From: Promethearchaeota archaeon
GTDB taxonomy: Archaea; Asgardarchaeota; Lokiarchaeia; Sigyniarchaeales; SOKP01
Assembly (NCBI GenBank): GCA_019894975.1
Contig: JAGXNO010000016.1
Location: 1 to 64,000 of the forward strand
Direction of reading: 5' to 3'
DNA: 64,000 nucleotides
Shown: piece by piece, positions 40,163-50,639 of the stretch
Layout of the letters: every line of letters begins with the position of its first letter
How positions within the stretch are numbered: the stretch's first letter is position 1
The notes under the pieces: generated by a model
What the model saw: only the letters and a program-made list of their open reading frames with translations
Databases searched by the model: none
Told to the model about the DNA's origin: nothing
Program-made: the position numbers and the translations under genes

Positions 40163-40474
40163 TTACAATAGATTTTCTTTCAATATATGTTTTACCTTGG
40201 AATTTGGTTTTCTTACTAAACTTCTTTTATCATTTGAGTAAACATCAATTGGAAAATTCTCATTGTATATATTTAGAATTAAGATTATCAAGTTCGAGAT
40301 ATTATGGAAGCATATTGTTGAATTTTTGCAATTAAACAAGTCAGCTACGAGTTTTGAGAGTAATGAAAATCTCCTTTTCTGAATTTCATCATCTATTATG
40401 TATTCTTCGGTACAAAACGAATTTTCTAAAAAATCCTCAACCTTCTTCTCAATAGTGTTGGTATTATAATCCAT
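40163..40474 (-). CDS. Hypothetical protein (possible distant member of the same family)
   Basis: C-terminal P.DVYS...K.ILKE.L loosely matches the family. Confidence 0.65.
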   Translation of the reverse strand: MDYNTNTIEKKVEDFLENSFCTEEYIIDDEIQKRRFSLLSKLVADLFNCKNSTICFHNISNLIILILNIYNENFPIDVYSNDKRSLVRKPNSKVKHILKENLL

Positions 40475-40581
40475 CGTAAAATTGTACTCATTTACGATTT
40501 TTCTAGCTCTAAGTATATAAAGAAACAGCTTTTTGGTGAAACTCCCTTTTATGAATATTAACTGAGTTTTTAGAAGATTAA

Positions 40582-40797
40582 CTAATCCTTAAGAAACTCC
40601 TCTTTAAATATCTGTTGATATTCACGATCTCTTTCATTAAAAGGAATTTTTTCATCCCCGTTGTAAATATATTGAGTTTCTTCAAATTTATTGGATTCTT
40701 CAAATGGCATAACAGCACCTGAAATATCTGGAACTAACATTTCATCCAGACGTTCAATACTTTGTTGGTATATTTTAATTACTTCTTCAGTCATCAT
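40582..40797 (-). CDS. Small protein, paralogue family 'PF..IYxGxExIPF'
   Basis: PDIS..VMPF..IYNGDEKIPF.ER..EY..I..EEF. Confidence 0.75.
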   Translation of the reverse strand: MMTEEVIKIYQQSIERLDEMLVPDISGAVMPFEESNKFEETQYIYNGDEKIPFNERDREYQQIFKEEFLKD

Positions 40798-40981
40798 AAT
40801 ATAAATCTTTTAGACTCAGTGAGAGTAGCATATTTTTATTGTTATCCTATTAATGAAATGGCTATATTTAATGATGAATAAAAACAAAAGTATTTAAACA
40901 AAAACATTGATTTCAAGAGGATTACCAATAAAATTGCGAGTATTCTAAGATTACCTTTTGAAAAAAGAGATAAATTTGACC

Positions 40982-42169
40982 TTAGAAGAAATCATGTAGA
41001 TAATTATTAGTTTTTGGAAATAACTTTTGTATTACCTCAAGTTTTTCATTATTAACTGTAATGAAGCCAAATTCCAATAAATCATTTACCGTTCTGAATC
41101 CCGCGACTAGTTGTGCAAAATAACTAATATCTATTTGAATATCAATGATATTTTCTGAAGATTTCTTAAATACTACATTGATTGTATTATCCATTGAATT
41201 TAATGTGAAATATCCATTATTCCAAGGGCAAAACTCATCATTTACATGTAAGGTGAGAGTAAAATCGGAAAGAGGATATTCAAGATTTTCAAGAATAGTT
41301 TTTACATCAATTACTCTTAACATTGAGTTATCTACAATTATACGTCTAAGGATTCTTGGTGTTTTTAATAAATCCATTATGTTTTCATTGGCGGGGAAGG
41401 TTCCTGCTATGTATTTACGTTGATCACGATGACTCGATAGTAAATTGAAAATCGTTTGCTTAGCTTCTTGATCAAGCCAGAAGACTTCTCGAATTTGTAT
41501 TGTTTTCTCGGGACTTTTTAGCCATGGCTCATCTGGTTTAGAAAATCTCATTATTATATAACCTACTGGTTGGTCACCTTTATAACAAATGAATTTATAA
41601 TTTCCTTTAAAATGACCTCTCCAATAATCAATTGTAGGTCTTTTTGCGATGTAATCAAATTTTGACACCACCTTATCATACACATTTCTAATATCATCTC
41701 CTATCTTTACAACTTCCTTTATATGATAGTCTGTTTTTCTGTAGATAATATCTGAAATTCTAAATTGATAAAAGATATGCTCATCAACTAATTTATATCC
41801 CAACATCTCATAAAATGAAAACTTAAATGGATAGAGAACTGACACAGGAATATTAGAATCATACATATTCTTAAACATTCTAATCATAATTTCTCTTATG
41901 GTGCCACGATTACGGTATTCTGGCTTTGAGGCAATCCCCATTACTCCATGCATTTTAAAATCTCGAGAACGCAATTTGATATCAAACGGGATAGCTCCTG
42001 CACAAGCAAATAAAAAACCCTCTTCAAATGCTCCGTAATAAAAATCTATAGGTGTTTTAGCATCGGGATACTTAAGATCGTCATAACTATTTTCTGATGT
42101 CTGAAAAGCATAACGACTAAGCTTCTGGCATGCTTCTCGATCGTTTTCCTTTAATTTTCGAATTTCCAT
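40982..42169 (-). CDS. Eis-family GNAT acetyltransferase with C-terminal SCP2-like domain
   Basis: V..IAS.PEYR.RG, LYPF..FYE.LGY, MLRVIDV, D..CPWNNG. Confidence 0.9.
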   Translation of the reverse strand: MEIRKLKENDREACQKLSRYAFQTSENSYDDLKYPDAKTPIDFYYGAFEEGFLFACAGAIPFDIKLRSRDFKMHGVMGIASKPEYRNRGTIREIMIRMFKNMYDSNIPVSVLYPFKFSFYEMLGYKLVDEHIFYQFRISDIIYRKTDYHIKEVVKIGDDIRNVYDKVVSKFDYIAKRPTIDYWRGHFKGNYKFICYKGDQPVGYIIMRFSKPDEPWLKSPEKTIQIREVFWLDQEAKQTIFNLLSSHRDQRKYIAGTFPANENIMDLLKTPRILRRIIVDNSMLRVIDVKTILENLEYPLSDFTLTLHVNDEFCPWNNGYFTLNSMDNTINVVFKKSSENIIDIQIDISYFAQLVAGFRTVNDLLEFGFITVNNEKLEVIQKLFPKTNNYLHDFF

Positions 42170-42301
42170 TAGTAATCTCTGTCCTATTTTTCTTTTGATT
42201 CTTAATCTAAATTAAATTAAAAATTTTTATAAAAATCAAGCAAGTATGTAGAAATCCTAACAAAATTGAATAAAAAAAAAGAAAAAAAATTTTGAATTAT
42301 T

Positions 42302-43696
42302 TTAAGAGGGATTACTCTTTACGAATGAGATGATTAAGACCCCAATTGCCATTATTATCCCAACAGATATCATAGCCCAACCGTATGCTGCTTTACCTAT
42401 GACATCATAAGATAACATAATAGCCCCCCAAACAAAGGGACCAAGCGCGCTGGAGAATTTTCCACTTAGCTTGGAAAATCCAAAGAACTCTCCGAATTTC
42501 TCTTTAGGAGCAAGTTCCACTACCATGATGCGTTGTGCTGTCCATGTTCCTCCAAGAGCTGGGCCTGCTACCACGCCCATAAGAAGGCTAAGCATGAAAG
42601 GGAGATTTAACCCAGCATCGATGTATGGTGTTATAAATACTAACATAACACCAATAATTAATGCAATACCCCATAAAGCTCCGACAAGATAAAATAGATT
42701 TTTAGCTCCGTACTTTTCACCAAATATACCCATAAAATATGTAAAAGCAACTGCTGATACTGTAGCAAGTAATATAAAGAGGATAGCAAATAAAGTTGTT
42801 CCACCTGCAATAATTAACCCATCAGTAACTATTAATGTCATATAGAGAACTATAACATTAGCAATGTCAGCAATAAAGAAATAACCAATAATAAATATAA
42901 ACATTGATCTATGTTTTCTAATATCTCTAAATGTACTTCTTAATTGTGTGAAAGTATTAGATATTAGTTTTCCTAGTGGAGGTCTTCTACTCTTTTTCTG
43001 TTTTTCACGAACATAAAGAAATGGGATTGTGCATAACAGAAATAAGATCATAGGAATCAAAAAAGTAATCCAGTATCCTGTAAACCCATATGCTATATCT
43101 GGATCTGGTGGAATGGCAAGTGGATCAGGTGGAGTAGAGACTATATCATTTAATAATATAATTAAAGGATATATTACAATTAAAGCAAGGATAGTACCTA
43201 AATAGCCCCAAGCAACCCCAAATCCAGCAACTCTTCCGATATCTTCTCTTTTTGCAATAAATGGGAGCATTGCGTCATAGAAAGTAAGACTAAACTGATA
43301 AGCAACATTTGCAATTACATATAGAACTAAAACAGTAGTTATATCATGAAAGAATCCAAGTAGACTGGCAAAAAGAAGGATAATACCTGTCAAACTTATT
43401 ATAAAAGGTTTTCGTTTTCCTACATTATCACTCAATGCTCCTAAAATAGGAACACAAATAGCTACTCCGACTTGCATTATGGTACTAACTATACCAAAAA
43501 GAAAACTAGCTTCACCATAGGACATACCATGTTCTAATTGCCCAATAACCAGTATATATTTACCAATGATTAAACTCACAATTACCATGGAGTAAATGGT
43601 GTTTGCTAGGTCGTACATGGCCCAAAAGAATACGTTACGTCTTGAAGTCGTGGTTTCGAATTCTATCTCTTCATTTCCTAATATTTCAGACGACAT
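42302..43696 (-). CDS. MFS transporter (UMF1/ATG22-like)
   Basis: WAMYDLAN, LGALSD..G.RK, FYDAMLP, EFFG...L.GK. Confidence 0.9.
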   Translation of the reverse strand: MSSEILGNEEIEFETTTSRRNVFFWAMYDLANTIYSMVIVSLIIGKYILVIGQLEHGMSYGEASFLFGIVSTIMQVGVAICVPILGALSDNVGKRKPFIISLTGIILLFASLLGFFHDITTVLVLYVIANVAYQFSLTFYDAMLPFIAKREDIGRVAGFGVAWGYLGTILALIVIYPLIILLNDIVSTPPDPLAIPPDPDIAYGFTGYWITFLIPMILFLLCTIPFLYVREKQKKSRRPPLGKLISNTFTQLRSTFRDIRKHRSMFIFIIGYFFIADIANVIVLYMTLIVTDGLIIAGGTTLFAILFILLATVSAVAFTYFMGIFGEKYGAKNLFYLVGALWGIALIIGVMLVFITPYIDAGLNLPFMLSLLMGVVAGPALGGTWTAQRIMVVELAPKEKFGEFFGFSKLSGKFSSALGPFVWGAIMLSYDVIGKAAYGWAMISVGIIMAIGVLIISFVKSNPS

Positions 43697-43840
43697 ATGA
43701 ATCATTTATTTTAGATTTAAATTAATAATGAATAATGGGTTATCTTCCATTTTCATATAAATTTTATGTAATATTGTATTTTTATATAGAAAGAGATGAA
43801 AACAGAATCTTATTCTTAAAAAAAGATAGGAAAGTTTTGT

Positions 43841-44629
43841 ATGAAATTTGTTGATTTGAGTTTAGAAATTAAGGAAGGTTTAGGTGATATTCCAGATGAA
43901 TTTAAGTACCTTGAAAAAGGCTTATCTGCTAAAATTAGACATTCAGATCATAAAGAGAATATACCTATAATGATTGGATCTTTTCCGGGTATTACTGCCG
44001 ATGATCTCCCGGATGGCCTAGCTTGGGCTGACGATTATCTATCATTAGGTGTTCATATGGGTACACATATGGATGCCCCGTGGCATTTTCATCCTACAAG
44101 TGAAGGAAAAAAGGCAAAAACCATTGATGAAATCCCAATCGAATATTGTTTTAGTGATGGAGTTGTACTCGACATGACTCATAAAGAACCAGGAGATCTG
44201 ATAAACTCAAAAGATATTCAAGAAGCTCTTCAAGAAATAAGATATACTTTGAAGCCATTAGATATTGTCTTGATACGGACAGATGCAGATAAATTATGGG
44301 ACACAATGCGATACTGGGCAGACTATTCTGGAGTAGGAAGAGAAGGAACAATTTGGTTAGTCGATCAGGGAATAAAAGTGGTAGGAACTGACGCAGCGGG
44401 CTGGGATCGTCCTTTTCACTTCCAAGCTAAGGAATTTCGCGAAACTGGTGATAAAAAGCTTATTTGGGAAGGACATTTTGCAGGGATTGAAAGGGAATAT
44501 TATCAGATGGAAAAATTGGCTAACCTAGATAAACTACCTCCTTTTGGATTTAAAGTGAGCTGTTTTCCTATTAAAATTTTAAAAGCTAGTGCAGCCTGGG
44601 TAAGACCAGTTGCCATTTTCGAAGACTAA
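43841..44629 (+). CDS. Cyclase family metal hydrolase (kynurenine formamidase-like)
   Basis: HMGTHMDAPWH motif, EKLANL, PIKI..A..RPVA. Confidence 0.92.
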   Translation: MKFVDLSLEIKEGLGDIPDEFKYLEKGLSAKIRHSDHKENIPIMIGSFPGITADDLPDGLAWADDYLSLGVHMGTHMDAPWHFHPTSEGKKAKTIDEIPIEYCFSDGVVLDMTHKEPGDLINSKDIQEALQEIRYTLKPLDIVLIRTDADKLWDTMRYWADYSGVGREGTIWLVDQGIKVVGTDAAGWDRPFHFQAKEFRETGDKKLIWEGHFAGIEREYYQMEKLANLDKLPPFGFKVSCFPIKILKASAAWVRPVAIFED

Positions 44630-44667
44630 TAGTTAACTATTAATTATATTCATACTTCCTACAAAAT

Positions 44668-45243
44668 TCATTCTTCTCTGATAATTAAATAAAAGGATTC
44701 ATTGCGGATAAAGGCCTCAACAAAACACCCCCAATTATCGATCAATAACTTTTCGAAGTATTGTGCCCAAAAAATACTATAATCTTTTGTTAATTCATGA
44801 TTGAATCTAATTTGAAATGTTCCTTTTTCGTTTTTCTCCAATTCTATATTATAAAAATAATTAGCAGCCAACCACATTCCTTTAAGACCTTCTAAAAAAT
44901 TTTCTAGTGTCATATTTTCTATCCTTTTTCCCAAATACCATTCAATTGCTTCGAGTGCAATATTTTTTGTGTAAGCCTCCTCAACATTACCTTTAATATA
45001 ACTAAGAAATGTTGTTTTCCCTACCAAAAGCATATTTAACTCGTCTCTAGCTCTACACCATATTTTTCTTTGATCTTCTAATAATGGTTCTTTAAGTTTC
45101 TTTAATGATTTGAGTCCAGCATCTACAACAGCAGATTTTGAACCAAATTCTTCTTTAAATTGTTGCAAAATTTCATAAGATTCATCGGAAATAGTAGCAT
45201 GAACTGAATTTTTTTGACCTTTTCTTTCATGGGATATAATCAT
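44668..45243 (-). CDS. Ribbon-helix-helix regulator with C-terminal alpha/beta domain
   Basis: N-terminal VHATISDESYEIL...SKSAVVD.GL. Confidence 0.6.
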   Translation of the reverse strand: MIISHERKGQKNSVHATISDESYEILQQFKEEFGSKSAVVDAGLKSLKKLKEPLLEDQRKIWCRARDELNMLLVGKTTFLSYIKGNVEEAYTKNIALEAIEWYLGKRIENMTLENFLEGLKGMWLAANYFYNIELEKNEKGTFQIRFNHELTKDYSIFWAQYFEKLLIDNWGCFVEAFIRNESFYLIIREE

Positions 45244-45368
45244 TTCACCTTTTCATTTGAATAATTATTTATGTCACTTATTATGTCATAATATATCATA
45301 ATATTTAAATATTAATGTCACTATTCTCAATAAGTATGGCATTATTAAAAAAAAAGGAAAAAACCAAG

Positions 45369-45539
45369 ATGAGTAAATTTGAGGGTGAAAGCATCAATCC
45401 TACTTCTATTCTGATAAGCTTACCTGCATGTTATGGAAATTTTAAAAGTATTTCGAATTCCTGTCGACATTGTTATATTAAAGATAAATGTAAAAGACTA
45501 GTTCCACCAAAAGAACCATTATGGTGTAATAATCCTTAG
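45369..45539 (+). CDS. Small Cys-rich protein
   Basis: PACYG...CRHC....C; alternative starts at 45315/45336. Confidence 0.5.
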   Translation: MSKFEGESINPTSILISLPACYGNFKSISNSCRHCYIKDKCKRLVPPKEPLWCNNP

Positions 45540-45574
45540 AATTATTTTAATCAACTGTTATCAAGGATTAATTT

Positions 45575-46744
45575 ATGACAATTATACAAAGTTATATTGG
45601 GGGAGATAATTGGGAATGTAGTGATATTATTTATCATAAATTAACGGGGAAGAAGATCCAATCTAATTATTTCCCATCTATACCTGTAACTGTTAGGGTA
45701 CTCCCTGAGCTTATATCAAATAAAAATTTATTTTGTCTATTTTGGGGCACTCCGACTTTTAAAGACACGGATTGTCAATATTTACTTCATGTTTATGATC
45801 AGAAAAAAATTGACTATATCATTTCAACATCATCTGGAAACACAGTCGAATCTATGGCGAGAACAATAAAGAAGTATAATATTGAATCAAAAAAAGAAAT
45901 CAACGTAATTTTATTGGTTCCTGAAATCTCTTCTTTCAAAGTATCTAAAAGTGCAATTGAAAATAATCCTTATGTAAAATACATTGTTTTAAAGAATTCA
46001 TCACTAGATAGCATAAGGATTTTTTCTGTAAAACTAAAAAGAAAATTATCAGAATCATATAAAGTTGTTTCAGCTGATGAAAAATTAAAAACTGCTGCAT
46101 ATACCCAAATTGGATTTGTATTAGATCAAATGAACCTAATAAATAGTGACACTTGTTATGTACAAACTGTATCTGGAGGTGTAGGGCCCATAGGACTAAT
46201 TGAATATTCCTTATTTGCAAAGTTAAATCCTGAGATTTTAGTGGTTCAACCTTTTAGTAACAGATCAATGCCCATTGTTGATGCCTTGGATGAGCACAGT
46301 CTAGGTAAAAATCCTTTAGATCTATTTAAGCAAAGAACTTATGAAACTTCTGAAATTGAACCTACATTAGGAAGTACTAAACCAAATTTTGCGATAGAAA
46401 AATTCATTCGTTGGAGAGAAGATGGTATGAAAATTCATCCATCCCAAGTTTCAGAGAAAGATATCATAAATTACAAAGATCCTATCCTTAAAGATTTAGT
46501 CAGTGCTAATGTGTATCCTTCCTTTGATATAGGTTTAAAATTTGTTGAAATTGAAAAAAGTGGATTAATTGCAGTGATTGGAGCAATAATTTCAGCAAAA
46601 TCGATTAAATCTAAAAATATTGTTGTAAATTTCACAGGAAGATATCCTGAAAATAATTCCATTCTACCGATACCTGCTACCCCTTATACATATTATGATC
46701 CAAATAGAGGAATAAATCACTTCATGGAAATATTAAATTTATAA
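45575..46744 (+). CDS. PLP-dependent fold-type II enzyme (threonine/cysteate synthase-like)
   Basis: T.TFKD (PLP Lys), SSGNT, VQTVSGGVG, VNFTG. Confidence 0.75.
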   Translation: MTIIQSYIGGDNWECSDIIYHKLTGKKIQSNYFPSIPVTVRVLPELISNKNLFCLFWGTPTFKDTDCQYLLHVYDQKKIDYIISTSSGNTVESMARTIKKYNIESKKEINVILLVPEISSFKVSKSAIENNPYVKYIVLKNSSLDSIRIFSVKLKRKLSESYKVVSADEKLKTAAYTQIGFVLDQMNLINSDTCYVQTVSGGVGPIGLIEYSLFAKLNPEILVVQPFSNRSMPIVDALDEHSLGKNPLDLFKQRTYETSEIEPTLGSTKPNFAIEKFIRWREDGMKIHPSQVSEKDIINYKDPILKDLVSANVYPSFDIGLKFVEIEKSGLIAVIGAIISAKSIKSKNIVVNFTGRYPENNSILPIPATPYTYYDPNRGINHFMEILNL

Positions 46745-46853
46745 TCCAAATAAAAGCGAGAATAAGCTCTAAATAAGAAACAAGAATAAAAGAAATAGTT
46801 AATTTAAATTTTTAAATTCCTATAAAAATTGAAAATTATTTTAATAATTAGAA

Positions 46854-47714
46854 ATGAGAGAATTTAAAAATAAAGTAGCAGTAATAACTGGTGCAGCAAG
46901 TGGGATTGGTTTAGGCATTGCTAAACGTTGTGTAAAAGAGGGAATAAAAACAGTTTTAACTGATATCGAAAAAGATTTACTTTTCAAGGTCACTGATGAA
47001 TTGAAAGATAATGGTGGGGATGTACTTGCAGTTGTGTGTGATGTATCTTCACTAGAAGAAGTAAAAAAGCTTGCTGACCAGACTTTAAAAAAATATGGAA
47101 AAGCAAACTTACTCTTTAACAACGCGGGGGTAATTCCTGGAACAAATATCCTTAGAAATACTATTAAAGATTTTGAATGGGTAATAGGTGTTAACCTTTG
47201 GGGAGTAATCTATGGGGTCAACACCTTTCTACCAATAATGTTTGAGCAAACTGAAGAATCTCATATTATAAATGTGGCTTCTGGAAGTTCTCTTTATCCT
47301 GGAAACGGAGCTTACGATATCACAAAATATGGAGTAACAGCAATGTCAGAATGCATGAGAATAGAACTTAAAAAGATCGAATCTCACGTAAGTGTTTCTT
47401 TACTCGTTCCTGGAATTGTAGACACCGGAATAGTTGATAGCAACAGAAATCGTCCTCAAGAGCTAAAAAACCCAAGTAAAGGTTCAAGAAATTGGGATGA
47501 AATGAATAAAAGATTAGAAGAAGTAAGAGATAGGTACCGTGGTTCGATGTCTCCGGATCTTGTAGCAGATATGACATTCAATGCTATTGAAAAAGATGTC
47601 TTTTACATTTTTACAGAAATGGGCATGAAAAACGGAATTGATGCACGGTATAAATGGATGATGAGTGGATTTGATACCCTACAGAACTTTCTAGAGAAGA
47701 CCAATCGAGAATAA
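46854..47714 (+). CDS. Short-chain dehydrogenase/reductase
   Basis: TGAASGIG, NNAG, YDITK. Confidence 0.95.
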   Translation: MREFKNKVAVITGAASGIGLGIAKRCVKEGIKTVLTDIEKDLLFKVTDELKDNGGDVLAVVCDVSSLEEVKKLADQTLKKYGKANLLFNNAGVIPGTNILRNTIKDFEWVIGVNLWGVIYGVNTFLPIMFEQTEESHIINVASGSSLYPGNGAYDITKYGVTAMSECMRIELKKIESHVSVSLLVPGIVDTGIVDSNRNRPQELKNPSKGSRNWDEMNKRLEEVRDRYRGSMSPDLVADMTFNAIEKDVFYIFTEMGMKNGIDARYKWMMSGFDTLQNFLEKTNRE

Positions 47715-47719
47715 GAAAT

Positions 47720-47956
47720 CTAAAATTTAGAAAATTCTCTTCTCAAAATCGTCTTAAATTCATGTTTTCTCTCCTTGAAAGGAATTCGTTCGTTCCCGGA
47801 ATAAATATCTCTAGGTTTATAAGAATTAAACATTTGAGAAAAGGGGATAACTATTTCTGAGTAATCAATATCTGTATCTGGAACATTTTCATAAGGTATA
47901 TCATATGAATCCTTCATAATCTCTTGATAAATTTGCTCTAGTTTTGCTAAACCCAT
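47720..47956 (-). CDS. Small protein, paralogue family 'PF..IYxGxExIPF'
   Basis: D.S.IVIPFS..DIYSGNERIPF.ER..EF..IL..EF. Confidence 0.75.
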   Translation of the reverse strand: MGLAKLEQIYQEIMKDSYDIPYENVPDTDIDYSEIVIPFSQMFNSYKPRDIYSGNERIPFKERKHEFKTILRREFSKF

Positions 47957-47970
47957 ATTATATCACTTTT

Positions 47971-48396
47971 CTATTCTTTAACAATTAGTTTTCCTCTTAT
48001 CCTAAGCTTAACACCAAGCTTTTCTAATTTGTTTTTATGTTCAAAAATTATATCTCTCAAAATCTTACGACTAACTTCCAATTGTTCAGCTAAAATGTCA
48101 AACTCAATCTCATTGAACAGTTCAGAGTATCTTATTAATTTTTGAATAGTCTTCTGTATGACTTCATTGTAATCAGTAATTTCTATATCTCGAGTAATAT
48201 CAGTCAAATCTATATCATAATTGCTTTTAAGGATGTTTGTGTTGTTTTCAATCCAATTATGTATAAGACTTCTGACTGTTTCTGAACGTGATTGTTTTCT
48301 TTTTTGTGCCATCAGATTAATTACTCGCTCATCAAACGCATCCAGACTAAACGTAATTCTAGATAAGTCCGATGATTTTTGTGTGTCTGATGGCAT
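47971..48396 (-). CDS. Ribbon-helix-helix (CopG-like) regulator with C-terminal wHTH-like domain
   Basis: ITFSLD....I..MA..R..SRSE.VR.LI; ATG 48396. Confidence 0.75.
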   Translation of the reverse strand: MPSDTQKSSDLSRITFSLDAFDERVINLMAQKRKQSRSETVRSLIHNWIENNTNILKSNYDIDLTDITRDIEITDYNEVIQKTIQKLIRYSELFNEIEFDILAEQLEVSRKILRDIIFEHKNKLEKLGVKLRIRGKLIVKE

Positions 48397-48445
48397 TTTC
48401 TTAACTTCCCGACAAAATTTTCTAATTATTATGATCATTTCTTTT

Positions 48446-48553
48446 CGAATATTTAAATATTTGCATAAATGATCATTTAATGCATCACTGAAGATGCATA
48501 GGTTTATAAATGAAGAGGATCATATAGTATTCATATGACACCTCTATGTCATA
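48446..48553. promoter_or_regulatory. Divergent promoter region with four palindromes
   Basis: AATATTTAAATATT (48448-61), TAAATGATCATTTA (48466-79), ATGCATC-N6-GATGCAT (48480-99), TATGACA-N6-TGTCATA (48534-53). Confidence 0.55.
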
Positions 48554-48571
48554 CAAATATTATACTGTCGT

Positions 48572-49222
48572 GTGTATGAAATGTTAGAACTTTATACCCC
48601 TGAATATGAAATCATCAATACCAAAGAGCGTATAACGATTGATTTACTCAAAGATGGTCAAGATTTTTTGGAGAAGTTTGACATCAATACAGAACTTTTA
48701 TTAGATACTGCTTCTTTAGTCTACAAGTATTTAAGAAATAATGGAAAAATCCCTCATAACTTGTTTAAATTTTTTATAGCTGCATATTATATCATTTCAA
48801 GGCACCCTTTTACGTTTCCTGCCCATGAGACGAAGAAGGAATATTGTGAGAAATTTGGGCTTCAAGTAAGCTCCTTGGAATATTGCGTGGAGAAGATAAC
48901 TGATTCCCTAAATTATATTAAAATTTTGGATGACATGAACTTTCCTTACTTTGTTGATCCAAAAAGAGATATTGCTTTGAATGTCATTAAAAAGCTAATT
49001 AAATCTAAGGTTGATAAAGCAATGATGAATTTTTTACTCTGTCATCAATCTATTAACTCGCAGATTCTTTCTGAAGAATTAGTTCATGAGGTTGTTTTCG
49101 AACAAAAAGCATTTCCTGAAGAATTATTCAGACAATTGTATGAAATAGTTTTCGAGTATGTAGAAAGGGAATTTCTAGATTATAATCAATATATAAAAAT
49201 GCAGAAAAAATACTTTATTTAA
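48572..49222 (+). CDS. Hypothetical protein with TFB/cyclin-box-like helical repeat
   Basis: IAAYYIISRHP....T..E.C..FG....SL resembles the TFIIB repeat AA.LY...R....T..EIA. Confidence 0.55.
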   Translation: MYEMLELYTPEYEIINTKERITIDLLKDGQDFLEKFDINTELLLDTASLVYKYLRNNGKIPHNLFKFFIAAYYIISRHPFTFPAHETKKEYCEKFGLQVSSLEYCVEKITDSLNYIKILDDMNFPYFVDPKRDIALNVIKKLIKSKVDKAMMNFLLCHQSINSQILSEELVHEVVFEQKAFPEELFRQLYEIVFEYVEREFLDYNQYIKMQKKYFI

Positions 49223-49352
49223 CCTTTTCCTTGAATTTTACATTATTTTAACCCAAATATTTGCTATATATACTAAAACTAGGATTTTGGCTTAATCCAT
49301 ATAGTGAAAATCTTTTAATTTTTACGAATATTTTTGAAGTTGTGAATATAGA

Positions 49353-50549
49353 ATGATAACTATTATTCAAGTAGACACAGAATCTTTAGATGATGTTAAA
49401 CAAGCTATGGGGAGATTAATCGATCAGCTTGGTTATAAGCCATCCAAGCCTCGAGTCTTTTTGAAACCAAACATGGTTGACGCATTACCGCCAAGTCATG
49501 CGGTAGATGTCAATCCTATAGTAACTGCGGGACTGATTTTGGCGCTTAATGAGAAGTTTGATATCGAAGAGTTTGTTATCGGGGAAAATTCAGGATATTT
49601 TTCTGAGAAACCTGAGACTTATCAGCGTCTTATTGAAACATCGGGTTATAAGGAAATGGTTGAGAATCTAAAAGAAAATTATAATATTCCTTTAAGTCTC
49701 ATAAATTTGGAATATGTAGAAATGGATGAGTATAAATGGAAATTCAAACCATTTAAATTAAAGCTACCTTCTATTTTAAAAACACACAGCTATATAAATA
49801 TCCCTAAGATGAAAACTCATGGTTTATGTATGGTTACTTTAGGAGTAAAAAATCAGATAGGTCTTCTTCTTCTGAGAGATAAGAGAAATTTCCATCTAGG
49901 GTTTAGAGATGATGATGGAAAATATTATAGTAACTTACACGGGTGTATTTCTGAATTGGGAAACTTAGTGAAACCAGAACTTACAATTTGCGACGCTACT
50001 ACAGCGTTGGAAGGAAACGGTCCTACAACAAATCCTGGTACAACGTGGGTAAGAAAATTAGATATTTGTATTGGAGGAACTGATATGATAGAGGTAGATA
50101 ATGCCTGTTGTCAAATTATGGGTATTCCCATGGATCTTGTAGAACACATACCCGAAGTTGATGGTTCTATAGCACCGGGTAGTCTACCATTAGAATGTGA
50201 AGAACCATTTAAAAGACCTGTCAAACGTACTGAACCCTATGGAAATATGTATCATCATTCATCTATGTGGATGTGCACTGGATGCCAAATGACTCTAACT
50301 AGAATGAATAGAAAAATAGCTTACACCCCAGAATTAAGAGAGAAGTTGAAGGAGAGAGAAAAGAAGTACGATAGAATTGATTTTTTTATTGGGAGGACTG
50401 AAGAAGAGGATATTCCTGATGAGCACGGTGTCCTTCTATTTTGCGGAAATTGTACAGAGAAAGTATCTCGATTGTATCCAGATGCTGTACATGTTGCAGG
50501 GTGCCCTCCGCATTATCGGGAGTTAGCAGAGAAGTATGTAAACCTATAA
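49353..50549 (+). CDS. DUF362 domain Fe-S protein
   Basis: LKPN, IGE, PKMKTH..TLGVKN, EGNGP, C-terminal C.GC, GNC, GCPP. Confidence 0.88.
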   Translation: MITIIQVDTESLDDVKQAMGRLIDQLGYKPSKPRVFLKPNMVDALPPSHAVDVNPIVTAGLILALNEKFDIEEFVIGENSGYFSEKPETYQRLIETSGYKEMVENLKENYNIPLSLINLEYVEMDEYKWKFKPFKLKLPSILKTHSYINIPKMKTHGLCMVTLGVKNQIGLLLLRDKRNFHLGFRDDDGKYYSNLHGCISELGNLVKPELTICDATTALEGNGPTTNPGTTWVRKLDICIGGTDMIEVDNACCQIMGIPMDLVEHIPEVDGSIAPGSLPLECEEPFKRPVKRTEPYGNMYHHSSMWMCTGCQMTLTRMNRKIAYTPELREKLKEREKKYDRIDFFIGRTEEEDIPDEHGVLLFCGNCTEKVSRLYPDAVHVAGCPPHYRELAEKYVNL

Positions 50550-50639
50550 CTTTTTATTCTTATTTCCTACTTTTTCAAAAACTAATTAGTTTTATTCTTC
50601 CTGTCTGACTTGTAGCTTGCAAAATTCCCTCTTCTTTGC

